This document shows positions 20,808-33,200 of a stretch of 64,000 bases of DNA, in pieces. The position numbers and the translations under genes were made by a program. Within the stretch, counting starts at the first letter, position 1. Each line of letters opens with the position of its first letter. Origin of the DNA: Auanema rhodensis (Eukaryota > Animalia > Nematoda); assembly GCA_964057225.1 (NCBI GenBank), contig OZ059896.1, positions 5,642,001 through 5,706,000 of the forward strand, written 5' to 3'. The notes under the pieces are model-generated. The model was not told the origin of the DNA. It worked only from the letters and a program-made list of their open reading frames with translations, and did not search any database.

Positions 20808-21859
20808 GTTGAGTAGGAGCTTCAGAGGTAGTTTTTCGCGCTGGGGAGTTTTTTCTTTTTTCGGTGTTACAGCCAAGTGTGTTGGCGTTTTTTCGTCGTC
20901 CGATGGACTTAAATCGTTGTCAAACGAGTCGTCACTATCGGGAAAAGGAAATCGAGAAATACGATTTCTCTTGTCTCTTAATCTTTGAGAGGTACGGAAA
21001 GTCGTATCCGTATAATTATTCTTGGAGGTTGCCGTTTTGGAAAAGGAGGAAAGTCAGAACAATCTACAATGTAAAATAGTGGAATAAGTTAGTAAACAAG
21101 ATAAGAATATGAATAGTTAATAGTGAATAAATTAGTGAATAACGTGAAAAAAAAAATCGAAGAAAAAAAAGATATATAATAATATGGGTTGAAGATTAAT
21201 TAATTAATGAACTCATACAAAAACAAACTATAGAGAGGAAAAAAAAAAGTGAATATAATTAATTGTTAAGATGATGATAGGATATGATTATGTGACAATG
21301 TGATTCATAAATTAGAGAAGTGAGTATGGCGGACAAATCAAAATCTCAATTGTTACTGAATAACAATGAATTACCAAACAAGGCATCTTTCAAATTCCAA
21401 AGTCTTTGTTTCAACTTGAATCAACAATCAAAAAATTATGAGAGGAAGGTTTAAATTCAAATATGACAAATGATACAGCGGATGTTATTTTCTTACAGTG
21501 GCCATTCTGTTAGTACAAACTTGTAATCTTTATCAAAAATATCGCAAATTGACTTTATTAAGGTCCAATTTTGCTTATATCAAACAGCTTTTCCATTTCC
21601 AAAAAATATATATTTTTCGCCACAATGAAAAATCAAAAGTACAACTGCGCAGAAACAAAAAGAAATCGAAAAGTTGGCCAATTCAGTATCTCACCCTTGC
21701 GCAAAATATCAACCCTGTTTATTAAAAAAATGAGTGAGACCCTTCGTACTGAATTGGAAAGAGAGGTGGTAGCCCAGGGAAATAGCTCAAAAAAATTCTC
21801 TTTAACTGAATGATAATTCATAATTTAATCGAGTTCGAAAAATCGTAAAAAGATTCTAA

Positions 21860-21872
21860 GGTGGAACCTCCA
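21860..21872 (-). promoter_or_regulatory. Primer-binding site for tRNA-Gln (TGGAGGTTCCACC)
   Basis: Abuts the 5' LTR and begins TGG. The + strand reads GGTGGAACCTCCA, matching the 3' end (including CCA) of metazoan tRNA-Gln as I recall it (...CTCGGTGGAACCT-CCA), 13 nt. Confidence 0.88.
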
Positions 21873-22271
21873 TGTAATATCCTTAAGTTGGATATTAATA
21901 TTCCATGATTGACCCTTAGATTGATGTGTTGTAAAAGAAACAATAAGATTTGAGGAAGAGAGAAAGATTTATTATAAATAAAAAACATTTAAACAATAAA
22001 CAAATAAAGATAAAGATAAGTCCGCCAACTGAAGATTCAGTTGAATGGCAAGCTTATATAGCGAATGTTATCAGCATTTTCCACGAAAGGTTATAAGTTG
22101 TCAATGACAATTATAACTATCTCGGAAAATGCTGAAGCTGCAAAATATAACTGATAACATAATACACTAAGACAAGAAACTAGAATTATAAAATATAAAA
22201 TATAAAACACAGAATAAAGAAATACATAAAAATTATAGAAAGAATAAAGTACATAATTATAAAGTATAACA
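21873..22271 (-). repeat. 5' LTR (399 bp)
   Basis: TGTAATATCC...GTATAACA on +, with imperfect terminal inverted repeat TGTAATA/TGTTATA. Directly followed on the minus strand by the PBS. I saw no mismatch versus 12894-13292. Confidence 0.97.
22027..22060 (-). promoter_or_regulatory. LTR core promoter: TATATAA (22060-22054) and Inr-like TCAGTT (A at 22030)
   Basis: Minus strand reads TATATAAGCTTGCCATTCAACTGAATCTTCAGTT. The TATA begins exactly 30 nt upstream of the A of TCAGTT. The copy in the 3' LTR is at 13048-13081. Confidence 0.6.
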
Positions 22272-22275
22272 AAGC
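22272..22275. other. Target-site duplication AAGC, right copy
   Basis: AAGC follows ...TATAACA directly and precedes TAAATAC, which resumes the satellite. Confidence 0.92.
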
Positions 22276-24826
22276 TAAATACAAAAATTAGTTATGATCG
22301 TTTGAAAAATGATGCATTAGTGTATGTTGAGTTTCCATGTACACTCAAAATTGCTTCCAAAAACATTTTGACAAAAATTTTTTCGAAAAATTTCAAGATA
22401 ATTTAGCAAAAAGTAGATGTTTTTAGATTCCTTTTTTCAAGGCAAAAACGATGGACAATGTAATTCAACGAAAAAATTAATTCTTCAGGGTGAAAATCGA
22501 GGATATAAGTGTGAACTTATATCAGTTGATATCTCGGTGCATTTTCAAGCTAGCGCAAATCTGATAGTACAGATCGACGCAGCTTAAAAATCCGCATCGA
22601 ATGCACTATACTACATTGAGAAACGCTTAGTACAAAAATTAGTTATGATCGTTTGAAAAATGATGCATTAGTGTATGTTGAGTTTCCATGTACACTCAAA
22701 ATTGCTTCCAAAAACATTTTGACAAAACTTTTTTCGAAAAATTTCAAAATAATTTAGCAAAAAGTAGATGTTTCTAGATTTCTTTTTTCAAGGCAAAAAC
22801 GATGGACAATGTTATTCAACGAAAAAATTAATTCTTCAGGGTGAAAATCGAGGATATAAGTGTGAACTTATATCAGTTGATATCTCGGTGCATTTTTAAG
22901 CTAGCGCAAATCTGATAACACAGATCTACGCAGCTTAAAAATCCGCATCGAATGCACTAAACTACATTGAGAAAAGCTTAATACAAAAATTAGTTATGAT
23001 CGTTTGAAAAATGATGCACTAGTGTATGTTGAGTTTCCATGTACACTCAAAATTGCTTCCAAAAACATTTTGACAAAAATTTTTTCCAAAAATTTCAAAA
23101 TAATTTAGCAAAAAGTAGATGTTTTTAGATTCCTTTTTTCAAGGCAAAAACGATGGACAATGTTATTCAACGAAAAAATTAATTCTTCAGGGTGAAAATC
23201 GAGGATATAAGTGTGAACATATATCAGTTGATATCTCGGTGCATTTTTAAGCTAGCGCAAATCTGATAGTACAGATCGACGCAGCTTAAAAATCCGCATC
23301 GAATGCACTAAACTACATTGAGAAAAGCTTAATACAAAAATTAGTTATGATTGTTTGAAAAATGATGCATTAGTGTATGTTGAGTTTCCATGTACACTCA
23401 AAATTGCTTCCAAAAACATTTTGACAAAAATTTTTTCGAAAAATTTCAAGATAATTTAGCAAAAAGTAGATGTTTTTAGATTCCTTTTTTCAAGGCAAAA
23501 ACGATGGACAATGTTATTCAACGAAAAAATTAATTCTTCAGGGTGAAAATCGAGGATATAAGTGTGAACTTATATCAGTTGATATCTCGGTGCATTTTCA
23601 AGCTAGCGCAAATCTGATAGTACAGATCGACGCAGCTTAAAAATCCGCATCGAATGCACTAAACTACATTGAGAAAAGCTTAATACAAAAATTAGTTATG
23701 ATCGTTTGAAAAATGATGCATTAGTGTATGTTGAGTTTCCATGTACACTCAAAATTGCTTCCAAAAACATTTTGACAAAACTTTTTTCGAAAAATTTCAA
23801 AATAATTTAGCAAAAAGTAGATGTTTCTAGATTCCTTTTTTCAAGGCAAAAACGATGGACAATGTTATTCAACGAAAAAATTAATTCTTCAGGGTGAAAA
23901 TCGAGGATATAGGTGTGAACTTATATCAGTTGATATCTCGGTGCATTTTTAAGCTAGCGCAAATCTGATAACACAGATCTACGCAGCTTAAAAATCCGCA
24001 TCGAATGCACTAAACTACATTGAGAAAAGCTTAATACAAAAATTAGTTATGATCGTTTGAAAAATGATGCATTAGTGTATGTTGAGTTTCCATGTACACT
24101 CAAAATTGCTTCCAAAAACATTTTGACAAAACTTTTTTCGAAAAATTTCAAAATAATTTAGCAAAAAGTAGATGTTTCTAGATTCCTTTTTTCAAGGCAA
24201 AAACGATGGACAATGTTATTCAACGAAAAAATTAATTCTTCAGGGTGAAAATCGAAGATATAGGTGTGAACATATATCAGTTGATATCTCGGTGCATTTT
24301 CAAGCTAGCGCAAATCTGATAGTACAGATCGACGCAGCTTAAAAATCCGCATCGAATGCACCATACTACATTGAGAAACGCTTAATACAAAAATTAGTTA
24401 TGATCGTTTGAAAAATGATGCATTAGTGTATGTTGAGTTTCCATGTACACTCAAAATTGCTTCCAAAAACATTTTGACAAAAATTTTTTCGAAAAATTTC
24501 AAAATAATTTAGCAAAAAGTAGATGTTTCTAGATTCCTTTTTTCAAGGCAAAAACGATGGACAATGTTATTCAACGAAAAAATTAATTCTTCAGGGTGAA
24601 AATCGAGGATATAGGTGTGAACATATATCAGTTGATATCTCGGTGCATTTTTAAGCTAGCGCAAATCTGATAGTACAGATCGACGCAGCTTAAAAATCCG
24701 CAACGAATGCACTAAACTACATTGAGAAAAGCTTAATACAAAAATTAGTTATGATCGTTTGAAAAATGATGCATTAGTGTATGTTGAGTTTCCATGTACA
24801 CTCAAAATTGCTTCCAAAAACATTTT

Positions 24827-27283
24827 GACAAAAATTTTTTCGAAAAATTTCAAGATAATTTAGCAAAAAGTAGATGTTTTTAGATTCCTTTTTTCAAGGC
24901 AAAAACGATGGACAATGTAATTCAACGAAAAAATTAATTCTTCAGGGTGAAAATCGAGGATATAAGTGTGAACTTATATCAGTTGATATCTCGGTGCATT
25001 TTCAAGCTAGCGCAAATCTGATAGTACAGATCGACGCAGCTTAAAAATCCGCATCGAATGCACTATACTACATTGAGAAACGCTTAGTACAAAAATTAGT
25101 TATGATCGTTTGAAAAATGATGCATTAGTGTATGTTGAGTTTCCATGTACACTCAAAATTGCTTCCAAAAACATTTTGACAAAACTTTTTTCGAAAAATT
25201 TCAAGATAATTTAGCAACAAGTAGATGTTTTTAGATTCCTTTTTTCAAGGCAAAAACGATGGACAATGTTATTCAACGAAAAAATTAATTCTTCAGGGTG
25301 AAAATCGAGGATATAGGTGTGAACTTATATCAGTTGATATCTCGGTGCATTTTTAAGCTAGCGCAAATCTGATAACACAGATCGACGCAGCTTAAAAATC
25401 CGCATCGAATGCACTATATTACATTGAGAAAAGCTAAATACAAAAATTAGTTATGATCGTTTGAAAAATGATGCATTAGTGTATGTTGAGTTTCCATGTA
25501 CACTCAAAATTGCTTCCAAAAACATTTTGACAAAAATTTTTTCGAAAAATTTCAAGATAATTTAGCAAAAAGTAGATGTTTTTAGATTCCTTTTTTCAAG
25601 GCAAAAACGATGGACAATGTAATTCAACGAAAAAATTAATTCTTCAGGGTGAAAATCGAGGATATAAGTGTGAACTTATATCAGTTGATATCTCGGTGCA
25701 TTTTCAAGCTAGCGCAAATCTGATAGTACAGATCGACGCAGCTTAAAAATCCGCATCGAATGCACTATACTACATTGAGAAACGCTTAGTACAAAAATTA
25801 GTTATGATCGTTTGAAAAATGATGCATTAGTGTATGTTGAGTTTCCATGTACACTCAAAATTGCTTCCAAAAACATTTTGACAAAACTTTTTTCGAAAAA
25901 TTTCAAGATAATTTAGCAACAAGTAGATGTTTTTAGATTCCTTTTTTCAAGGCAAAAACGATGGACAATGTTATTCAACGAAAAAATTAATTCTTCAGGG
26001 TGAAAATCGAGGATATAGGTGTGAACTTATATCAGTTGATATCTCGGTGCATTTTTAAGCTAGCGCAAATCTGATAACACAGATCGACGCAGCTTAAAAA
26101 TCCGCATCGAATGCACTATATTACATTGAGAAAAGCTAAATACAAAAATTAGTTATGATCGTTTGAAAAATGATGCATTAGTGTATGTTGAGTTTCCATG
26201 TACACTCAAAATTGCTTCCAAAAACATTTTGACAAAAATTTTTTCGAAAAATTTCAAGATAATTTAGCAAAAAGTAGATGTTTTTAGATTCCTTTTTTCA
26301 AGGCAAAAACGATGGACAATGTAATTCAACGAAAAAATTAATTCTTCAGGGTGAAAATCGAGGATATAAGTGTGAACTTATATCAGTTGATATCTCGGTG
26401 CATTTTCAAGCTAGCGCAAATCTGATAGTACAGATCGACGCAGCTTAAAAATCCGCATCGAATGCACTATACTACATTGAGAAACGCTTAGTACAAAAAT
26501 TAGTTATGATCGTTTGAAAAATGATGCATTAGTGTATGTTGAGTTTCCATGTACACTCAAAATTGCTTCCAAAAACATTTTGACAAAACTTTTTTCGAAA
26601 AATTTCAAGATAATTTAGCAACAAGTAGATGTTTTTAGATTCCTTTTTTCAAGGCAAAAACGATGGACAATGTTATTCAACGAAAAAATTAATTCTTCAG
26701 GGTGAAAATCGAGGATATAGGTGTGAACTTATATCAGTTGATATCTCGGTGCATTTTTAAGCTAGCGCAAATCTGATAACACAGATCGACGCAGCTTAAA
26801 AATCCGCATCGAATGCACTATATTACATTGAGAAAAGCTAAATACAAAAATTAGTTATGATCGTTTGAAAAATGATGCATTAGTGTATGTTGAGTTTCCA
26901 TGTACACTCAAAATTGCTTCCAAAAACATTTTGACAAAAATTTTTTCGAAAAATTTCAAGATAATTTAGCAAAAAGTAGATGTTTTTAGATTCCTTTTTT
27001 CAAGGCAAAAACGATGGACAATGTAATTCAACGAAAAAATTAATTCTTCAGGGTGAAAATCGAGGATATAAGTGTGAACTTATATCAGTTGATATCTCGG
27101 TGCATTTTCAAGCTAGCGCAAATCTGATAGTACAGATCGACGCAGCTTAAAAATCCGCATCGAATGCACTATACTACATTGAGAAACGCTTAGTACAAAA
27201 ATTAGTTATGATCGTTTGAAAAATGATGCATTAGTGTATGTTGAGTTTCCATGTACACTCAAAATTGCTTCCAAAAACATTTT
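24827..27283 (+). repeat. 702-bp dimeric higher-order repeat (also at 11233-12893, continuing at 22276-22720)
   Basis: GTAATTC monomers alternate with GCAACAAG/TATTAC/AAGCTAAA monomers. Confidence 0.85.
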
Positions 27284-30200
27284 GACAAAACTTTTTTCGA
27301 AAAATTTCAAAATAATTTAGCAAAAAGTAGATGTTTCTAGATTTCTTTTTTCAAGGCAAAAACGATGGACAATGTTATTCAACGAAAAAATTAATTCTTC
27401 AGGGTGAAAATCGAGGATATAAGTGTGAACTTATATCAGTTGATATCTCGGTGCATTTTTAAGCTAGCGCAAATGTGATAACACAGATCTACGCAGCTTA
27501 AAAATCCGCATCGAATGCACTAAACTACATTGAGAAAAGCTTAATACAAAAATTAGTTATGATCGTTTGAAAAATGATGCACTAGTGTATGTTGAGTTTC
27601 CATGTACACTCAAAATTGCTTCCAAAAACATTTTGACAAAAATTTTTTCCAAAAATTTCAAAATAATTTAGCAAAAAGTAGATGTTTTTAGATTCCTTTT
27701 TTCAAGGCAAAAACGATGGACAATGTTATTCAACGAAAAAATTAATTCTTCAGGGTGAAAATCGAGGATATAAGTGTGAACATATATCAGTTGATATCTC
27801 GGTGCATTTTTAAGCTAGCGCAAATCTGATAGTACAGATCGACGCAGCTTAAAAATCCGCATCGAATGCACTAAACTACATTGAGAAAAGCTTAATACAA
27901 AAATTAGTTATGATCGTTTGAAAAATGATGCATTAGTGTATGTTGAGTTTCCATGTACACTCAAAATTGCTTCCAAAAACATTTTGACAAAAATTTTTTC
28001 GAAAAATTTCAAGATAAATTAGCAAAAAGTAGATGTTTTTAGATTCCTTTTTTCAAGGCAAAAACGATGGACAATGTTATTCAACGAGAAAATTAATTCT
28101 TCAGGGTGAAAATCGAGGATATAAGTGTGAACTTATATCAGTTGATATCTCGGTGCATTTTCAAGCTAGCGCAAATCTGATAGTACAGATCGACGCAGCT
28201 TAAAAATCCGCATCGAATGCACTAAACTACATTGAGAAAAGCTTAATACAAAAATTAGTTATGATCGTTTGAAAAATGATGCATTAGTGTATGTTGAGTT
28301 TCCATGTACACTCAAAATTGCTTCCAAAAACATTTTGACAAAACTTTTTTCGAAAAATTTCAAAATAATTTAGCAAAAAGTAGATGTTTCTAGATTCCTT
28401 TTTTCAAGGCAAAAACGATGGACAATGTTATTCAACGAAAAAATTAATTCTTCAGGGTGAAAATCGAGGATATAGGTGTGAACTTATATCAGTTGATATC
28501 TCGGTGCATTTTTAAGCTAGCGCAAATCTGATAACACAGATCTACGCAGCTTAAAAATCCGCATCGAATGCACTAAACTACATTGAGAAAAGCTTAATAC
28601 AAAAATTAGTTATGATCGTTTGAAAAATGATGCATTAGTGTATGTTGAGTTTCCATGTACACTCAAAATTGCTTCCAAAAACATTTTGACAAAACTTTTT
28701 TCGAAAAATTTCAAAATAATTTAGCAAAAAGTAGATGTTTTTAGATTCCTTTTTTCAAGGCAAAAACGATGGACAATGTTATTCAACGAAAAAATTAATT
28801 CTTCAGGGTGAAAATCGAGGATATAAGTGTGAACTTATATCAGTTGATATCTCGGTGCATTTTCAAGCTAGCGCAAATCTGATAGTACAGATCGACGCAG
28901 CTTAAAAATCCGCATCGAATGCACTAAACTACATTGAGAAAAGCTTAATACAAAAATTAGTTATGATCGTTTGAAAAATGATGCATTAGTGTATGTTGAG
29001 TTTCCATGTACACTCAAAATTGCTTCCAAAAACATTTTGACAAAACTTTTTTCGAAAAATTTCAAAATAATTTAGCAAAAAGTAGATGTTTCTAGATTCC
29101 TTTTTTCAAGGCAAAAACGATGGACAATGTTATTCAACGAAAAAATTAATTCTTCAGGGTGAAAATCGAGGATATAGGTGTGAACTTATATCAGTTGATA
29201 TCTCGGTGCATTTTTAAGCTAGCGCAAATCTGATAACACAGATCTACGCAGCTTAAAAATCCGCATCGAATGCACTAAACTACATTGAGAAAAGCTTAAT
29301 ACAAAAATTAGTTATGATCGTTTGAAAAATGATGCATTAGTGTATGTTGAGTTTCCATGTACACTCAAAATTGCTTCCAAAAACATTTTGACAAAACTTT
29401 TTTCGAAAAATTTCAAAATAATTTAGCAAAAAGTAGATGTTTCTAGATTCCTTTTTTCAAGGCAAAAACGATGGACAATGTTATTCAACGAAAAAATTAA
29501 TTCTTCAGGGTGAAAATCGAAGATATAGGTGTGAACATATATCAGTTGATATCTCGGTGCATTTTCAAGCTAGCGCAAATCTGATAGTACAGATCGACGC
29601 AGCTTAAAAATCCGCATCGAATGCACCATACTACATTGAGAAACGCTTAATACAAAAATTAGTTATGATCGTTTGAAAAATGATGCATTAGTGTATGTTG
29701 AGTTTCCATGTACACTCAAAATTGCTTCCAAAAACATTTTGACAAAAATTTTTTCGAAAAATTTCAAAATAATTTAGCAAAAAGTAGATGTTTCTAGATT
29801 CCTTTTTTCAAGGCAAAAACGATGGACAATGTTATTCAACGAAAAAATTAATTCTTCAGGGTGAAAATCGAGGATATAGGTGTGAACATATATCAGTTGA
29901 TATCTCGGTGCATTTTTAAGCTAGCGCAAATCTGATAGTACAGATCGACGCAGCTTAAAAATCCGCATCGAATGCACTAAACTACATTGAGAAAAGCTTA
30001 ATACAAAAATTAGTTATGATCGTTTGAAAAATGATGCATTAGTGTATGTTGAGTTTCCATGTACACTCAAAATTGCTTCCAAAAACATTTTGACAAAAAT
30101 TTTTTCCAAAAATTTCAAAATAATTTAGCAAAAAGTAGATGTTTTTAGATTCCTTTTTTCAAGGCAAAAACGATGGACAATGTTATTCAACGAAAAAATT

Positions 30201-33200
30201 AATTCTTCAGGGTGAAAATCGAGGATATAAGTGTGAACATATATCAGTTGATATCTCGGTGCATTTTTAAGCTAGCGCAAATCTGATAGTACAGATCGAC
30301 GCAGCTTAAAAATCCGCATCGAATGCACTAAACTACATTGAGAAAAGCTTAATACAAAAATTAGTTATGATCGTTTGAAAAATGATGCATTAGTGTATGT
30401 TGAGTTTCCATGTACACTCAAAATTGCTTCCAAAAACATTTTGACAAAAATTTTTTCGAAAAATTTCAAGATAATTTAGCAAAAAGTAGATGTTTTTAGA
30501 TTCCTTTTTTCAAGGCAAAAACGATGGACAATGTTATTCAACGAAAAAATTAATTCTTCAGGGTGAAAATCGAGGATATAAGTGTGAACTTATATCAGTT
30601 GATATCTCGGTGCATTTTCAAGCTAGCGCAAATCTGATAGTACAGATCGACGCAGCTTAAAAATCCGCATCGAATGCACTGAACTACATTGAGAAAAGCT
30701 TAATACAAAAATTAGTTATGATCGTTTGAAAAATGATGCATTAGTGTATGTTGAGTTTCCATGTACACTCAAAATTGCTTCCAAAAACATTTTGACAAAA
30801 CTTTTTTCGAAAAATTTCAAAATAATTTAGCAAAAAGTAGATGTTTCTAGATTCCTTTTTTCAAGGCAAAAACGATGGACAATGTTATTCAACGAAAAAA
30901 TTAATTCTTCAGGGTGAAAATCGAGGATATAGGTGTGAACTTATATCAGTTGATATCTCGGTGCATTTTTAAGCTAGCGCAAATCTGATAACACAGATCT
31001 ACGCAGCTTAAAAATCCGCATCGAATGCACTAAACTACATTGAGAAAAGCTTAATACAAAAATTAGTTATGATCGTTTGAAAAATGATGCATTAGTGTAT
31101 GTTGAGTTTCCATGTACACTCAAAATTGCTTCCAAAAACATTTTGACAAAACTTTTTTCGAAAAATTTCAAAATAATTTAGCAAAAAGTAGATGTTTCTA
31201 GATTCCTTTTTTCAAGGCAAAAACGATGGACAATGTTATTCAACGAAAAAAATTAATTCTTCAGGGTGAAAATCGAAGATATAGGTGTGAACATATATCA
31301 GTTGATATCTCGGTGCATTTTTAAGCTAGCGCAAATCTGATAACACAGATCTACGCAGCTTAAAAATCCCATCGAATGCACTAAACTACATTAAGAAAAG
31401 CTTAATACAAAAATTAGTTATGATCGTTTGAAAAATGATGCATTAGTGTATGTTGAGTTTCCATGTACACTCAAAATTGCTTCCAAAAACATTTTGACAA
31501 AACTTTTTTCGAAAAATTTCAAAATAATTTAGCAAAAAGTAGATGTTTCTAGATTCCTTTTTTCAAGGCAAAAACGATGGACAATGTTATTCAACGAAAA
31601 AATTAATTCTTCAGGGTGAAAATCGAGGATATAAGTGTGAACATATATCAGTTGATATCTCGGTGCATTTTTAAGCTAGCGCAAATCTGATAGTACAGAT
31701 CGACGCAGCTTAAAAATCCGCATCGAATGCACTAAACTACATTGAGAAACGCTTAATACAAAAATTAGTTATGATCGTTTGAAAAATGATGCATTAGTGT
31801 ATGTTGAGTTTCCATGTACACTCAAAATTGCTTCCAAAAACATTTTGACAAAAATTTTTTCGAAAAATTTCAAAATAATTTAGCAAAAAGTAGATGTTTC
31901 TAGATTCCTTTTTTCAAGGCAAAAACGATGGACAATGTTATTCAACGAAAAAATTAATTCTTCAGGGTGAAAATCGAGGATATAGGTGTGAACATATATC
32001 AGTTGATATCTCGGTGCATTTTTAAGCTAGCGCAAATCTGATAGTACAGATCGACGCAGCTTAAAAATCCGCATCGAATGCACTAAACTACATTGAGAAA
32101 AGCTTAATACAAAAATTAGTTATGATCGTTTGAAAAATGATGCATTAGTGTATGTTGAGTTTCCATGTACACTCAAAATTGCTTCCAAAAACATTTTGAC
32201 AAAACTTTTTTCGAAAAATTTCAAAATAATTTAGCAAAAAGTAGATGTTTCTAGATTCCTTTTTTCAAGGCAAAAACGATGGACAATGTTATTCAACGAA
32301 AAAAATTAATTCTTCAGGGTGAAAATCGAAGATATAGGTGTGAACATATATCAGTTGATATCTCGGTGCATTTTTAAGCTAGCGCAAATCTGATAACACA
32401 GATCTACGCAGCTTAAAAATCCGCATCGAATGCACTAAACTACATTGAGAAACGCTTAATACAAAAATTAGTTATGATCGTTTGAAAAATGATGCATTAG
32501 TGTATGTTGAGTTTCCATGTACACTCAAAATTGCTTCCAAAAACATTTTGACAAAAATTTTTTCGAAAAATTTCAAAATAATTTAGCAAAAAGTAGATGT
32601 TTCTAGATTCCTTTTTTCAAGGCAAAAACGATGGACAATGTTATTCAACGAAAAAATTAATTCTTCAGGGTGAAAATCGAGGATATAGGTGTGAACATAT
32701 ATCAGTTGATATCTCGGTGCATTTTTAAGCTAGCGCAAATCTGATAGTACAGATCGACGCAGCTTAAAAATCCGCATCGAATGCACTAAACTACATTGAG
32801 AAAAGCTTAATACAAAAATTAGTTATGATCGTTTGAAAAATGATGCATTAGTGTATGTTGAGTTTCCATGTACACTCAAAATTGCTTCCAAAAACATTTT
32901 GACAAAACTTTTTTCGAAAAATTTCAAAATAATTTAGCAAAAAGTAGATGTTTCTAGATTCCTTTTTTCAAGGCAAAAACGATGGACAATGTTATTCAAC
33001 GAAAAAATTAATTCTTCAGGGTGAAAATCGAGGATATAAGTGTGAACATATATCAGTTGATATCTCGGTGCATTTTTAAGCTAGCGCAAATCTGATAGTA
33101 CAGATCGACGCAGCTTAAAAATCCGCATCGAATGCACTAAACTACATTGAGAAACGCTTAATACAAAAATTAGTTATGATCGTTTGAAAAATGATGCATT

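Larger units (their letters stand above)
12894..22271 (-). mobile_element. Full-length Ty3/gypsy (Metaviridae)-type LTR retroelement, 9,378 bp, carrying an env-like gene (endogenous-virus-like)
   Basis: Two 399-bp direct repeats, AAGC TSD, PBS next to the right LTR and a single long minus-strand ORF. The order PR-RT-RH-IN, the RT motifs (FTSPVVLVKKKD, DFRALN, MPMGL, YLDD) and the integrase GPF motif are gypsy-type. Confidence 0.97.

Noticed and set aside
20874-20876. ORF-track start MAVTPKK
   Set aside because: It is a TTG codon chosen by a bacterial-style caller. The frame extends further upstream and the first ATG is at 20807.
14106-21079. Short ORFs overlapping the polyprotein (14106, 15280, 16438, 17090, 19142, 19416, 19856, 20366, 20659, 20864)
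   Set aside because: 63-109 aa antisense or off-frame shadows with no recognisable motifs. Several use non-ATG starts.
21498-21813. Two plus-strand ORFs in the leader (75 and 80 aa)
   Set aside because: Short, antisense to the element, non-ATG starts in the track, AT-rich, no motifs.
21829-21840. CGAGTTCGAA resembling a tRNA T-arm near the PBS (tRNA gene or bipartite PBS)
   Set aside because: Only ~7 nt match my recalled tRNA-Gln sequence and there is no cloverleaf, so it is indistinguishable from chance.
12894-22271. BEL/Pao or copia classification
   Set aside because: Integrase follows RH (not copia). There is no triple-knuckle Gag, and the RT/RH motifs are gypsy-type (not BEL).
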